64,000 nt of DNA from Mobula hypostoma (taxonomy: Eukaryota), in assembly GCF_963921235.1 (NCBI RefSeq), contig NC_086097.1, positions 214,026,001 through 214,090,000 of the forward strand, written 5' to 3'. Within the stretch, counting starts at the first letter, position 1; every line of letters begins with the position of its first letter. Shown here one piece after another: positions 38,761 to 51,606 of this stretch. Position numbers and translations under genes: made by a program. The notes under the pieces are model-generated. The model saw only the letters and a list, made by a program, of their open reading frames with translations, did no database searches and had not been told where the DNA came from.

Positions 38761-40064
38761 AATCAAATATCATCTATATTATTGTTTGATGATTAATCAA
38801 ATATCATCTGTTGGGTACCCCATGTTATTCACATGCTTTAACAACCTTTATTCCAAGCATCAATATGCATAGAAATTACCAAGTGGACTGAAGGAATGAT
38901 TCTCAAATGTCCATGCAGAAGTGTACTGCCCTAACCAACGTATGGGAAACCATGGCTCCTGCTCACTCTAAATGGAGCAGGAGAATTCCAGTGGCACTGA
39001 GAACCTACAGTTCATCTGATAGGTGTAGATAGAAACCCAAGATAAATGGGTTTCGAGAAGCAAAGCAGCTCCCAAATTCCTTGTTCACTCACCCTATCAA
39101 GCACCTCCGAGGCCCACCTATGGCAGAGTGCAAATCTCAGGCTGGCCTCAGCCACCTAACAACTCATGAAGTGAGGTGGAAGAAAGTCACAACGAGAAGG
39201 AAAGGACAACAAGTACCTGATTTTTGCATTTGATTGTCAAATGTATAAATGCTATCTGACTAAATTCATGATTACCATAACTGTTTTTACTTTAAGATTC
39301 AAGCCACAAAAATATGCTGAAGCAAGCATCAAAATTAATGCTGGATGCACAAGAATAAAACTACTAAGTGAGACTTGCCAATCGTAAATGGCTGATGTTA
39401 CGAAATATCAAAGGGGGTATTTTGGTGTGGAACCAGTTTCAACCCCTCCCAGTAACCGAGCAATACAAAAAAATCAGAGTTAACATCCTGATGCACAATG
39501 AAAGATGATAGTACATATGAAATGTAATTTCATTTGAGAATATTAAATTCAGCATATTAAAATTTACTTCTATTACAAGTAGTTAACATCGTGTATTAAA
39601 CTGAAGACCATAAGACTAGACTCATCCTTCACGGAAAACACAGCATTCTAATTGATACATCCTAATTTTGTATTTCCGCGGGGCCTCCGCAGATTGAGTC
39701 ACTGAAAAACAACGCTGCTTCTGTCTCTCATTTCAGTTTACAACTACAGGCTGATGCACTCTGGAGATCAAGGTAATTACTAATGTCATATGTGTCAAGA
39801 TTCAGTTAGGATCTTAATGATTTGTTTCTACAGTGAATGGCAGTTTAATTGCTATGGAAGAACAGTGCAGTAAACATGATTTCTGAAGGCTACGGCTGGT
39901 CTTGTACACCTATGTGAATTGCAACCTAAAATTCATATTTGAATCATATCAAAATTTATTTGGAATAAAATAATTGAAGAGTTATGTTTGATGCCTTCCA
40001 CAGCAATTCATACAGCATTGCACACTGAATGTATATATTATTTCCACAATAAATTTTTACATAC

Positions 40065-40156
40065 CTGTCCTCTTTTACACCCTGTTGTCTCAGGAAATCT
40101 CTCCAGCAAGGCACATGTTTTTGGAACCTGTTTACAGGAATTCTCAATCCTACGAC
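40065..40156 (-). CDS. ASPH: ASPH coding exon (92 nt)
   Basis: (G)RRIENSCKQVPKTCALLERFPETTGCKRGQ; TAG / GTATGT boundaries. Confidence 0.97.
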
Positions 40157-40386
40157 CTAGGATGGAAAAGTAAAACATACATAATTAGGCAGTATACACA
40201 TTACAATAATTGGTATAAGTGATAATTAATGCAAGATAAATTTTAAATCATATTTTTAGGTCAAACCACAATGGAAATTATACATTGGGAAAACTATTAT
40301 AAACACATAAAAATGGCTATCCAGCACTTACTGCTTTTTCACAAATACTATTTGTTTTCACGCACACCTGCACAGAGCTCATTTTA

Positions 40387-41498
40387 CAGGTCGACCTTCT
40401 ATAATCCAGCACCATTGGGACCTGAGGAGTTTCTGATCAGTGCAAATGCCGAATTACAGAAGGATCACATTAAGCGATAGCTAACTGTCTCATCATACCT
40501 TTAAAATATCATGTAAATCAGTACAAGTTAGGTAATAATGAAACGTAAATATTAAATGAGTAGCAAGTGAAATTTTAATAACTGTACAGGCACAGATAAA
40601 ATAAAGGGTACAGGTAAATGTACAGGAATTAACTTATACAGAAAAGTTGAGCACTTCCGCTTCTAAAGTGAGACGCTTAATATACCTTCAGGCAAAGTTA
40701 CATGTCTGCAAGTGTGGGGTTGTCAGGATCACCAACATCTTCATCTTGAAAAATGAGTGAAGCATCAGGAACTGGTTTTTCAACAAACTCTGTTGCTGCT
40801 TCCTTGTCTGCTGAACGTTTTTCACCACACACTGCACCGAACTGTAAGCCATGAAGCTGCTTGAACTGATGAAGCCAGCCTTCACTATAGTCACACTCAT
40901 AATCTAGTCCTAGTCCTTCATGAAGCACTTTTGCTTGTTCCTTCACCATATCTCCAGATACTGTAGTTCAACACTTTCACTTACACAAAGATTAAACCAC
41001 ATTATCAGCACTTTATCTAGTTCTAAACTTCTTCCGTCTTTCATTGTTTTTCTTACGCACATCTGTTTCTTTGAGCCACCATCAGCAAAAAAATGTAGCG
41101 GTTTTTCTTTCTGTTTCTTTATATCGTACACTGTGGAAGAGCCAATGTTGTAACACTCACACAAGCTTTTCACCAATACACTACTGTCCAGCTTTTTCAA
41201 GAGTTCAACCTTATCTTTAATGGATAATGTGCGGTGTTTTCACTTCACAGCACGAGGTGCATTTCCTTCACTCAGTGGGGCCATAATTGGGGCTAAAAAA
41301 GAGCCAATGATATTAAAAAATGCAGGAAAACAAGCAGGAATCACCTGTCTGTGCTTACGAGAGCGCGCCAACACGTGAACAGATCTAGTGCAACCAAAAC
41401 AATGTGCAGCAGATTGGTACGGTAGCCTGGGAAATTTGAAATCAGTGCTGGATTATAGAAGGAACCGGATTACAGGTAGTCAGATTAGTGAAGGTCGA
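40387..41498 (-). mobile_element. Internally deleted Tigger/pogo (CENP-B-like) transposon
   Basis: Disrupted HTH peptides YNIGSSTVYDIKKQK...LDKVLIMWF and SEGWLHQFKQLHGL; inverted ends TA-CAGGTCGACCTTC / GAAGGTCGA and TATAATCCAGCAC / GTGCTGGATTATA; no DDE domain seen. Confidence 0.85.
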
Positions 41499-43074
41499 AA
41501 AGTGCAAAGTAAACTTATCATCAAAGTATCTATAGAGTAAGTCGCCATACATCTTAGATTCCTTTTCTTGTGGGCATTCACAGTAGAAGAAAGAAATACA
41601 ACAGAACCAATGAAAAACTACACACAAAGACTGACAAGCTGCCAATATGCAAAATGAGACAAACTGTGTAAATCTGCATAAAATGCAGCAAGAGAAGAGC
41701 ACAAACTGCATGGCGGGATTCCTTGGCGATTGATGCTGCTTTTCTGTGACAGCACTCCTTGTACATATGCTCAGTGGTGAGGAGAGCTTAACCTGTGATG
41801 GACTGAGCTGTCTCCACTGTTTTTTATATACTTTCCATTTAAGGACATCGGTGTTTCCTTACCGGACCGTCATGCAACTGGTCAGTAAACTCTCCATTGG
41901 GCATCTATAGAAGACTGTCAAAGTTTCAGATGACATCTTCGCAAACTTCTTGTTCCCACACCAGGTTGTGATCTTTTCCTGTTTGTTTCAGTATAAACAT
42001 ACTGACATATCAAGAGTAGAAGAAGCTATTTTCACAGAATGGTTACAGCAGGAAAGGGGCCTTTTAGCACAGTGCATCCTTCACTAGCTCTACATTAGAC
42101 GAATCAGCTCCCTATTCCTCTTGCCATAGCCATGCTAATTCTTTCTTTCGGACAGTCATCCAGCTCCTATCTGATTCTGCTGTAACAGTGCCCCTGGCAG
42201 TGCAGTTCAAACACTACCCACTCATGACTTAAAGTTTTCCTCACATTCTTACGCTAACTACTTATATTGTCTCCAATCAGAACAGATTTACATTGCCTAC
42301 TCGTTTATTATCATCTTTATGTGCCATGTTGTAAGAAAAACTTTGGCAAATTTTTCTGCAGAAGTGGTTTGCCATTGCCTTCTTCTGGGCTGTCTCTTTA
42401 TAAGACAGGTGACCCCAGCCATTATCAATCTTCAGAGATTGTCTGCCTGGTGTCAGTGGTCACATAACCAGGATTTGTGATATGCAGCAACTACTCATAC
42501 GACCATCCACCACCTGCTCCCATGGCTTCACATGACCCTGATCAGGGGGCTAAGCAGGTGCTACACCTTACCCAAGTGTCACCTGCAGGCTAGCAAAGGG
42601 AAGGAGCACCTTGGTAGAGACATATCTCCACTCCGCCGCCCATATTCCATCCTTATAGACACTCCATCAGAAGCCCTTTTCTTTGTTCCAAAAGAAACAC
42701 CCAATTCTCCAGTCTATCCACATCACTGAAGTCCCTAATCATTGCAACCAATTTAGGCAATTTTAGCTGAACCTGTATAATGACACCTTCCTGAGGTGTT
42801 GTACTCATAATTGGACTTAATACTGTGTGGCTGAATGAGGGCATTATAAATGTTCACTGCAACTTTTTTGCTTTTGCACTCTTATCACTCTATAACGTTT
42901 TCCCAACCTGCTCTATTACTTACAATAAATCATACACATGCACCCTAGAATCTGCTGTGCCTGTACCCCTCAGGTTTCAGGTCATTCTAAATTTTTTCAT
43001 CCAGGGCTTAAAATAACTGAGTTAAGGATGAGGAGGATAAATCAATTGATTTTATGGCTTCAAACAATCTGCTT

Positions 43075-43680
43075 TACGGACAACAGGACGACAGCAGATG
43101 CAATCTCACTGGCTCTCGGCTCTCCAGTTCACTTGGATCACTTGGACAATAGCAGGAACTATGTCATGCTGCTATTATTGATAATGCTTAGTGTTCATAA
43201 TAAAGTAATCAACACACTCCAAAAACTGGGCCTCTGTATATCCCTCTGCAACTGGATCCTTGACTTCCTCACTGAGAGACCACAGCCAGTGTAGATCAGA
43301 AATAACATCACCTCCTTGCTGATAATCAACACTGGAACACCTCAAGGATGTGTGCTTAACCCATTGCTCTGCTCTCTCTACACCAACAACTGTGTGGCTA
43401 GGTACAGATCAAACACCATCATTAAATTTGTTGGTGACAGAATTATTGTTGGCAGAATTTCAGATGGTGACGAGGAAGCGTATTGAAGTGAGATAGATCA
43501 GCTGGTTGAATGGTGTCACAACAACAACCTTGTACTCAAAGTCAGTAAGACCAGGGGTTTGATTGCAGACTTCAGGAAGGGGAACTTCAGAGAACACACA
43601 CAAGTCCTCATCGAAGAATCAAAAGTGGAAAGGGTGAGAAGTTTCAGGTTCCTGGGTGTCACCAGCTCTGAAGATCCATC
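43075..43680 (+). mobile_element. Rex-like LINE RT fragment
   Basis: TADAISLAL...[14 protein letters not shown] peptide; TGTPQGCVL motif in the DNA. Confidence 0.85.
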
Positions 43681-43682
43681 AG

Positions 43683-44171
43683 GCCTCCAACCTGATGGCA
43701 TGAACATTGACTTCTCAAACTTCCGCTAATGCCCCACCTCCCCCTCGTACCCCATCCATTATTTATTTATATACACACATTCTTTCTCTCTCTCTCTCCT
43801 TTTTCTCCCTCTGTCCCTCTCACTATACCGCTTGCCCATCCTCTGGGTTTTTCCCCCCCTCCCTCTTTTCCTTCTCCTTGGGCCTCCTGTCCCATGATCC
43901 TCTCATATCCCCTTTGCCAATCAACTGTCCGGCTCTTGGCTCCATCCCTCCCCCTCCTGTCTTCTCCTATCATTTTGGATCTCCCCCTCACCCTCCCCCT
44001 TTCAAAACTCTTACTAGCTCTTCTTTCAGTTAGTCCTGACGAAGGGTCTCGGCCCGAAATGTTGACTGTACCTCTTCCTAGAGATGCTGCCTGGCCTGCT
44101 GCGTTCACTAGCAACTTTGATGTGTGTTGCTTGAATTTCCAGCATCTGCAGAATTCCTTGTGTTTGCGTTT
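43683..44171 (+). mobile_element. Penelope-like element 3' tail (same family as 8331-9538)
   Basis: High visible similarity to 9064-9540, from LQPDGMNIDFSNFR* through ...GTTTGCGT. Confidence 0.92.
44032..44067 (+). ncRNA. Hammerhead ribozyme motif (CpG-decayed stem III)
   Basis: AGTC-CTGACGA-AGGGTCTCGGCCC-GAAA-TGTT-GACT; core intact, CGTCG changed to TGTTG. Confidence 0.65.
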
Positions 44172-46213
44172 TATTATTTTTATTTTTTTAGTTAGGGATA
44201 CTGAATGGTAATGCAGCTTTTTTTTACATTATTTTACATAATACAAGAACGTAAGAAATAGGAGCAGGAGTCGGCCATCTGGCCCGTTGAGCCTGCTCCA
44301 CCATTCAATAAGATCATGGCTGATCTGGCCATGAACGCATCTCCACCTACCTGCCTTTTCCCCATCATCCTTAATTCCCCTACTAGGCAAAAATCTATCC
44401 AACCTTGTCTTAAATATATTTACTGAGGTAGCCTCCACTGCTTCATTGGGCAGTTAATTTTACCCACAAAATCAACTGAAAGCTATGTTCCTCACTATAA
44501 TCCGTACTTATTTAAATTACAAAATAACTTCAAAACTGTGAACATTTAAAGAACACATTTTAGATTTGTAATTCTAACAATACGTTGATTTTTTTTGACA
44601 GAACATGTATCACAATGTTAACTGGACAGAAAAGGTAGGATAGAAAGAGTGAATCCTGGAAATAAACAGCAGATCCAACAGCATCCCTCGAGCAAGAAAC
44701 TCTCACGGACTTTTCATCAAAGCAAAGTTAGAAATGAATCATTCGTTAACTTGCGGAGAAGGGGAGAATCATAGACATAACAAACTGAATGTCTTATGAG
44801 ACATTCAGGGCGAGACTGAATGACATGAAGATGTTGGTGATGGCCGATGGAGCATGATGAAACTAAGGAGATTTACCTGGAGGCCTCGTAACGAGAAGGA
44901 GGTGGATGAAAACAGAGTGAAAAAAATAAAACAGTGCTGGAAGCATAAAACTGGAGAAGCAGAATACTACCGATACTGGAATTCTGGAAAGACAGAATGC
45001 TGGAAATACTCAGTTGGTCAACAGCATCTATGGAGAAAGAAAGAGTTTTAAAGTTTCAACTTGATGATACTTAATCATAGCTGGACAATTCTGACGGAAA
45101 ATTGAAGGGCTGGTTACCCGAAGCTGTTGCATTCAAGGTTAAGTCCTGAGGGTTGTGAGTCTGAAAATGAGATGTTGTTTACCAAGGATGCACTGGACTT
45201 CATTGGACAGAGTAAGAGGCCTAAGAGAGAGAGAGATCTGAATGAGAGTGGGATGAAGAATTAAAGTTACAGGCAACTGGAAGCTTCAAGTCACCCATGA
45301 GGACAGAATGGAAATGTTTTGCAAAGTAGTATACTTCAATGCAGGGCCACCATATTGTGACACAAAATCAAAAGAGGTGGATAAGTAAAGAGGGTAAGGG
45401 AATGGATTTCCTACAATGTTTACAGAGGTTCTTTATAACCCAGAATGCAAAATACCTTGAAAGGAAGGATTTGTTACTGAATCTGACAATGGTCAGTGGA
45501 CCAGAGCAGATAAGAAGAATGATAGAGGGACATCTGGCAAACAATAATTCAAATGATAGCAGAGAAAACAAAGTATGATAAAAAAAAACAGATCAATAGA
45601 CTGGGGAAAAGCACTCCCTGGGAGGTCTGAGTAAAGTTGGGCATGTAAAACGGCCAGCAAAACTGGTAAAGAATGATGTGGAGCAACAATAGGACACATT
45701 TGAAACACTGCTCAACAGAGTGAAACTAAAAATATTTCAATAACAGGAAAGAATCAAGAAAACACTCATGGGAATTCCTTGGATCAGTAAACACATATAC
45801 TAAGCACAATGATGACAAGTACCATTAAGAATATTAAGGAAGTAGAAAGGGTTAAAATATTAGGAAGGCAAGAAGGAACTATGAATTTATGTGATTAACG
45901 ATTACAAAAAGTAAAACATTTAATAGACAAATCAATAAAAAACAAAGCCGAGACAGAAGATGCACTATTATATAACAGAGAAAAATACCAGAGGAAAATT
46001 TTGTCCATAGTTCCATTTATTGTCTATTGAAAACTTGTATGTTCAAGTCAACAAACTGGTTACTGCAGTAGCGTTAATCAATTTTTGCACTGATTAACTG
46101 GCCTTATTATCGTTTCATTTAATTGGAGAAGTTGGCTTTACACATTTTAATATGATCAATATATTGTAATATCACACAAATGATGTGGTGTTATCCTCAC
46201 AATTAGACATTAC

Positions 46214-46349
46214 CTTGCTGCCAAATTGTAAACTGGCCCCAGTCGCCTTTTTCCCTTAAGTTTTCATCTTCAGGTAAGAAAAGTCCTCTTTGTTTATCCA
46301 TTACAGTCAGACCCTCTTCACGGATTAACTTCCAATTTCTCTCCAGGGT
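46214..46349 (-). CDS. ASPH: ASPH coding exon (136 nt)
   Basis: TLERNWKLIREEGLTVMDKQRGLFLPEDENLREKGDWGQFTIWQQ(G); TAG / GTAATG boundaries. Confidence 0.97.
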
Positions 46350-46572
46350 CTACAAAAAGTAAATACTATTTATGATCTCACAACTAAACACCATCATGGA
46401 CTATTACAACATTTTCTCAGCAGAAAAACAAAGACCAGAACTTTCAGTTGTCTCAAATAAATAGTCCACATCATTCATCTAGAATAATCAGTGCAACATT
46501 TCGATCTAACAAGAGAAAGAATAATCTTAATAATCTTCATGCAATGTCACTTGTGTGCAAATTCTTAGAGAC

Positions 46573-47070
46573 TGGTCACCTCACTGTAGGAAGGATGTGG
46601 AAGCATTGGAAAGGGTACAGAGGAGATTTACCAGGATGCTGCCTGGTTTAGAGAGTATGCATTATGATCAGAGATTAAGGGAGCTAGGGCTTTACTCTTT
46701 GGAGAGAAGGAGGATAAGAGGAGACATGATAAAGGTATACAAAATATTAAGAGGAATAGATAGAGTAGATAGCCAGCGCCTCTTCCCCAGGGCACCACTG
46801 CTCAGTACAAGAGGACATGGCTTTAAGGTAAGGGGAGGGAAGTTCAAGGGGGATATTAGAGGAAGGCTTTTTACTCAGAGAGTGGTTGATGCGTGAAATA
46901 CATTGCCTGAGTCAGTGGTGGAGGCAGATACACTAGTGAAATTTAAGAGACTACTAGACAGGTATATGGAGGAATTTAATGTGGGGGTTTTATGGGAGGC
47001 GGGGTTTAAAGGTCAGCACAACACTGTGGGCCAAAGGGCCTGTACTGTGCTGTACTATTCTATGTTCAAT
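46573..47070 (+). mobile_element. CR1 LINE 3' fragment (same family as 28075 and 28628 copies)
   Basis: WSPHCRKDVEALERVQRRFTRMLPGLESMHYDQRL peptide; TTCTATG tail. Confidence 0.92.
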
Positions 47071-47134
47071 GTTTTATAAACAAGTTAGTTGGAAATACAC
47101 TGCTATTTAAAAAAAATTGCACTTTTATGCCACA

Positions 47135-47520
47135 TTCAGGACTTGTATGCATCTAGAGTCAGGAAGCGAGCAAGCAGCATCATTGTAGACCCATCACACC
47201 CTGGACATCACCTATTCCAACTCCTTCCTTCTGGTAGGCGCTTTAGATCACTGTGTGCCAGGACAAATAGGTACAAGAACAGTTTCTTTCCGTATGCCAT
47301 CAGTCTTATGAACACTTGAATTTTAGTCTATTATAAAACAAGTCCACCTGTACATACAAAAGTATACCTCATTGTATATAGTCCACGATTATTTGCACTA
47401 TTGTTTTGTCTGCTTTTTGATTCTGTACAGCGAGAGCTCAGGGAAACCGGCATCAAATTCCCTGTATGTGTCCACATACGTGTCCACGATAATAAAGGAT
47501 TCTGATTCTGATTCTGACAT
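47135..47520 (+). mobile_element. Rex-like LINE 3' end
   Basis: RASSIIVDPSHPGHHLFQLLPSGRRFRSLCARTNRYKNSFFPYAI peptide; AATAAA followed by (GATTCT)n tail. Confidence 0.88.
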
Positions 47521-47834
47521 TCTACAATTTCAGGACTTTCAGGGCACTCCACAGCCAGTTACTGTTTACATGGATTCATGACTACAGTCAATGACTATCA
47601 ACATGGAATAATTAACATCACTTAAATAAATAAGTTTCCTTATTAGTTAATTGAATAGATAGTAATGCAGAAAGTGTCTATTCCTGTATCAAAATTTCTG
47701 CACCATGTCCAGGGATCTCCACAGCACAATTGATATAATACCCCAGTTCAACCCCATGATACGAGAGAAATGAAGAGATGAATACAAAGTTGGCTTGACA
47801 TATTATGTCAGACTTGATTAAGAAGTACACATAC

Positions 47835-47972
47835 CTTCACCAGTTCAGTATACCCTGTTTCCTTAGCTGTCCACCAAGGCTGAGCCTTAAGTCCATTCAC
47901 ATTGTACAGTGAACGCTGCCACACTGATGCAAAGTGTCCTCTTTTGTGTCCAAGTTCATACCACTTGTGTGC
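47835..47972 (-). CDS. ASPH: ASPH coding exon (138 nt), hinge into oxygenase domain
   Basis: AHKWYELGHKRGHFASVWQRSLYNVNGLKAQPWWTAKETGYTELVK; CAG / GTATGT boundaries. Confidence 0.97.
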
Positions 47973-48686
47973 CTGTAGATAAGATGAACTAGTAAAACTA
48001 CTCTGTAAATCATACTATGATTTGCTCTCATTGACTGCTAACTCATTTCATAACTGCATTGATTGTGCTAAAGGAAATGCTACATTAAATTCTTATATTT
48101 TACATTTCATATTTTTAATGTTCCTTTATTTTACCAGTTATACTAGATTCAACCACTTTGCAAGACAAATTAACAATCATAACATGATTTTAAAGTGAAT
48201 TTGCTCTATTAAAAGCATAAGAAAGTGACTTTTCCAATTGCTGTATTACATTAGTTTTATTATCTGGAGAAAAGTAATCAATTAGCATTCATTAAGTTCT
48301 TCCTCTAAACAAACTGGTTGAAAGTCAGATTTTTTTTTAGAGTATCAGACATTACACCATTACAGACGGAAGAGAGGCCAAAAAAAGCAAAAAAAGCAAG
48401 TACATCAAAGGACAAGGCAGAAAGTGCTGATATTAGAAAATCTAATTTAGAGATATATTTGGGTGAGCTTTAACTGTACGTGGAAGGTGAGAATACTGTA
48501 ATTGAAAAACCAATTAATTATTTTATGTCAAAGTCTCTTACAACAAAATTACTATGCAGAATTTCTATTGCTAACTCAGTATTTATGAGATGTTACTTTG
48601 ACATAAATGCATCTTTGAAATAAGTCTTAAATGAATAAATTCTATTAATCTATTAATATAAAATGGTGGCTCGCCTATATACTCAC

Positions 48687-48776
48687 CTCTTGATCGCCCA
48701 CTCTCTGTAATGCATCTCCCAAGTGGAAGTAAAAGCGTCCATCATCAGTGCCTGGGTCTCCAGACAATAATCCTTC
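48687..48776 (-). CDS. ASPH: ASPH coding exon (90 nt)
   Basis: EGLLSGDPGTDDGRFYFHLGDALQRVGDQE; CAG / GTGAGT boundaries. Confidence 0.97.
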
Positions 48777-49926
48777 CTGCAGAAATTATATATTTTTTTC
48801 CTTAAAATCTGCTTATATTACATGATCACTAAGCAAGAAACACATTCCACAATACACAGATGATATACATTAGACTTTACACTAATTTTATTGTAAACTT
48901 TGTGTTTCCTGAATTAATCACTTCCAAACATGCGAAACTACTCAAACTCATGTCAGCCAGTCATATAAACTACTTACTGCCAAGGTTGAGAGAGATTGTG
49001 GTTTTACAATAATTCATGACATGAGAATTAAGTCTTATTCTAGATTTAATACAACAGCTTCACACAGGGATTGAATTGCATTTTCCCTGTAATAAAGTGG
49101 TAATAAAACACTCCAAATGACAGAGCACCCCATCTAAATACTTCCTTCAATTTTAACTCAACTTAGTCTAATCGAGACACAAGAGACTGCAGACGCTGGA
49201 GGAACTCAGTGGGTTGGACAGGAAAGGGATTGTCAACATTTCAAGTCGAAATCCAACAGGTCCTCATGCAGGGTTTATCCTGAGACATCAACAATTCCTC
49301 TCCCCACATAAACTGCTTGATCCACTGAGTTCGTCCTGCATGTGTAATCCAGAGCGACCCTGTTTGTATTCAGCCTAATTTTGTATTGCTTTATGATGTA
49401 GGTGGAGGGCATTCAGCCCATTCAATCCATGCTGTCCCTCAGAACAATCCCAGTCCCCTACGTACTTCCCTGTTACCTATTTTCTCACAGAGTCCACACT
49501 GATCAGAATCAAACCTATTTATCTAACTGGCACCTGACAAAGGCTAAAAGGCTTTTCCTTACGGCCGTCAACAGAAACAAAAACATGGAAGTGGATTGAA
49601 TGGAATGCAGGATTTTTCAAATATTCCACAAAAGCCTGTGAAAACAGCAACTGACTCAGTATGACTTAAGACATAAGACAGACAGCTTTTATGGAATGAA
49701 ATTTTTTTTTACAACAGTTGCTTAAAAAAAGTCAGTTGAACTGGACCTTCGGATCTTCAAAACTTGAAACCCAAGCATTCAAACAAGTCAAAGGAATGAA
49801 AAGCAGGGGTTGACATTGAAATTAATGCTGGCATACCACTGCAAATTAATATCATACAATTTGGTTGCCAGTATGATCTACTGTAATGTACTGTCTACTC
49901 ATCCAACATGAGACAGTTTTGGAATA

Positions 49927-51391
49927 CAGTGGATTCCAGTTAAATGGGCCATCTGTTAATTGGGACAGTTGCTTATTTGGGAACCACTCATAAAGAAGAA
50001 AAACTTATCAAGAAAATAGACAGAATTTCCTTTGTTTAACTGGGACACTATGTTGCTTAATTGGGACAGGACACTGTTGCCGAACAATTTCTAACTAGCA
50101 TCATTCATGGTTGTCATTAAGACACTACACCATACTTAGAGCGAAAAAGGTTTTAAATAGAGTCAGGTGTGCGTGCTTGTGTTCAAAAAGCAGTGATTTC
50201 TGTCACTGATATTTGTGAGAAATAAGCAGTGAGACTAGGTCTGTATATAACTCCTATCAGTGTCTCTTTACCCTTCTAGTTTCTTAGGTTCACGAGGATG
50301 ATTCCAGGAATGAACACATTAACAGGAGCGTTTGGCAGCTGTACTCACTGGAATTTAGAAGAATGCTTGGGGATCTCATTGAAGCCTACTGAATGTTGAA
50401 AGGACTAAATAGGGTGGATATGGAGAAGATGTTTCCTGTGTTGAGAGTATTCAGAACTAGAGGGCACAGCCTCAAATTTGAGGGGCGACATTTTAGCATG
50501 GAAGTAAGGAGGAATTTTTTTTAGCCAGAGTGTAGTAAGTCTGTGGAATGCTTTGCCACAATGCACAGAAGGCCAAATCCGTGTGTATATTTAAGGTGGA
50601 AGTTGATCGTTGATCAAAGGTTATGGTAAGAAGGCAGGTGTATGGGGTTGAGTGGGATCCGGGATCAGCCATGAAGGAATAGCAGAGCAGACTCGATGGG
50701 CTGAATGGCTTAATTCTGCTTCCACATCTTATGGTCTCAACTATTCAGAACTGTTTTAGCTCACTGTGGTTTCAAATATTCAGGCATGAAGATGCCAGAA
50801 ACAGGCAGGAGAGAAAATGAAATGAATTCACAACCTCAACAAGTTCGGTCCTACAAAAATTTTGAAGTTATCGACAATCAGCTTGAATGTTTAGATGGAT
50901 GCAACAGTTTCTAACCAGCGTCAGTCGTGTCACTTGTGTGGCCGTTAGACACCATACCGTGCTTAAAATGAACAGTTTTTAAATAGCATCAGTTGCGTAT
51001 GCTTGTGTCGTTATTAATTTAGGTCGACTGATGCCAAGTTAAAAGCAGTGATTTTTGACACTACTTCATGCAGGGAGGCAATGAAGGTAGTCCATTATCT
51101 GCACTGATCTTGTTCATTTACAGTCAATCAAAAGAACATGGCAGCATACACTGGATTAATTCTTCTATTGATAACGATCAGAAACTATTACATAGTTTAA
51201 TAGTATTGTGGTAATGCTGGCAGTGTTCTAACTTGTTCCGTATTTCATTTAAATACATAACTTGTTACTCAGTTAAAGGGTGGTTTATCCTTTTTAAACT
51301 GTTTCCATGAAACTTTGACGAACTGGCGTAGCAACTTAATCGGGCCAAAATGTACTGGTCCTGACGAGAGCCAATTAACCAGAATCCACTG
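49927..51391. mobile_element. Tigger/pogo-like non-autonomous element with nested CR1 fragment (~50285-50735)
   Basis: TA-CAGTGGATTCCAGTTAA ... TTAACCAGAATCCACTG-TA; internal sequence homologous (inverted) to 6538-7202. Confidence 0.85.
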
Positions 51392-51507
51392 TATATTGTC
51401 ACAGCTAACTCTGTATTGCTATAATATCCAGAATTACTATATATCTGAACTCTGAATTACTATAGCATGCAACCTTGTACGAGTTAACGTAAGGGGGTTG
51501 TGTTTAC

Positions 51508-51606
51508 CTTGAGATATGGAATGCTCTCAGCTATCTGATTCGCAGCTTTGAGGATGAATCCATAATGAACTTTAGCAAATCCATCATTTGGAGCCATGGC
51601 CAAAAC
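51508..51606 (-). CDS. ASPH: ASPH coding exon (99 nt)
   Basis: VLAMAPNDGFAKVHYGFILKAANQIAESIPYLK; CAG / GTAAAC boundaries. Confidence 0.97.

Noticed and set aside
38756..38809. 20-bp direct repeat TGATTAATCAAATATCATCT
   Set aside because: Small local duplication at a LINE fragment edge; no evidence of function.
40698..41285. Domesticated TIGD/Jerky-like gene
   Set aside because: Frameshifted, lacks the DDE domain and retains TIR remnants, so it is a transposon fossil.
51361..51391. CTGACGA as another hammerhead core
   Set aside because: No stem II or GAAA box follows; it lies in the subterminal region of a Tigger-like element.
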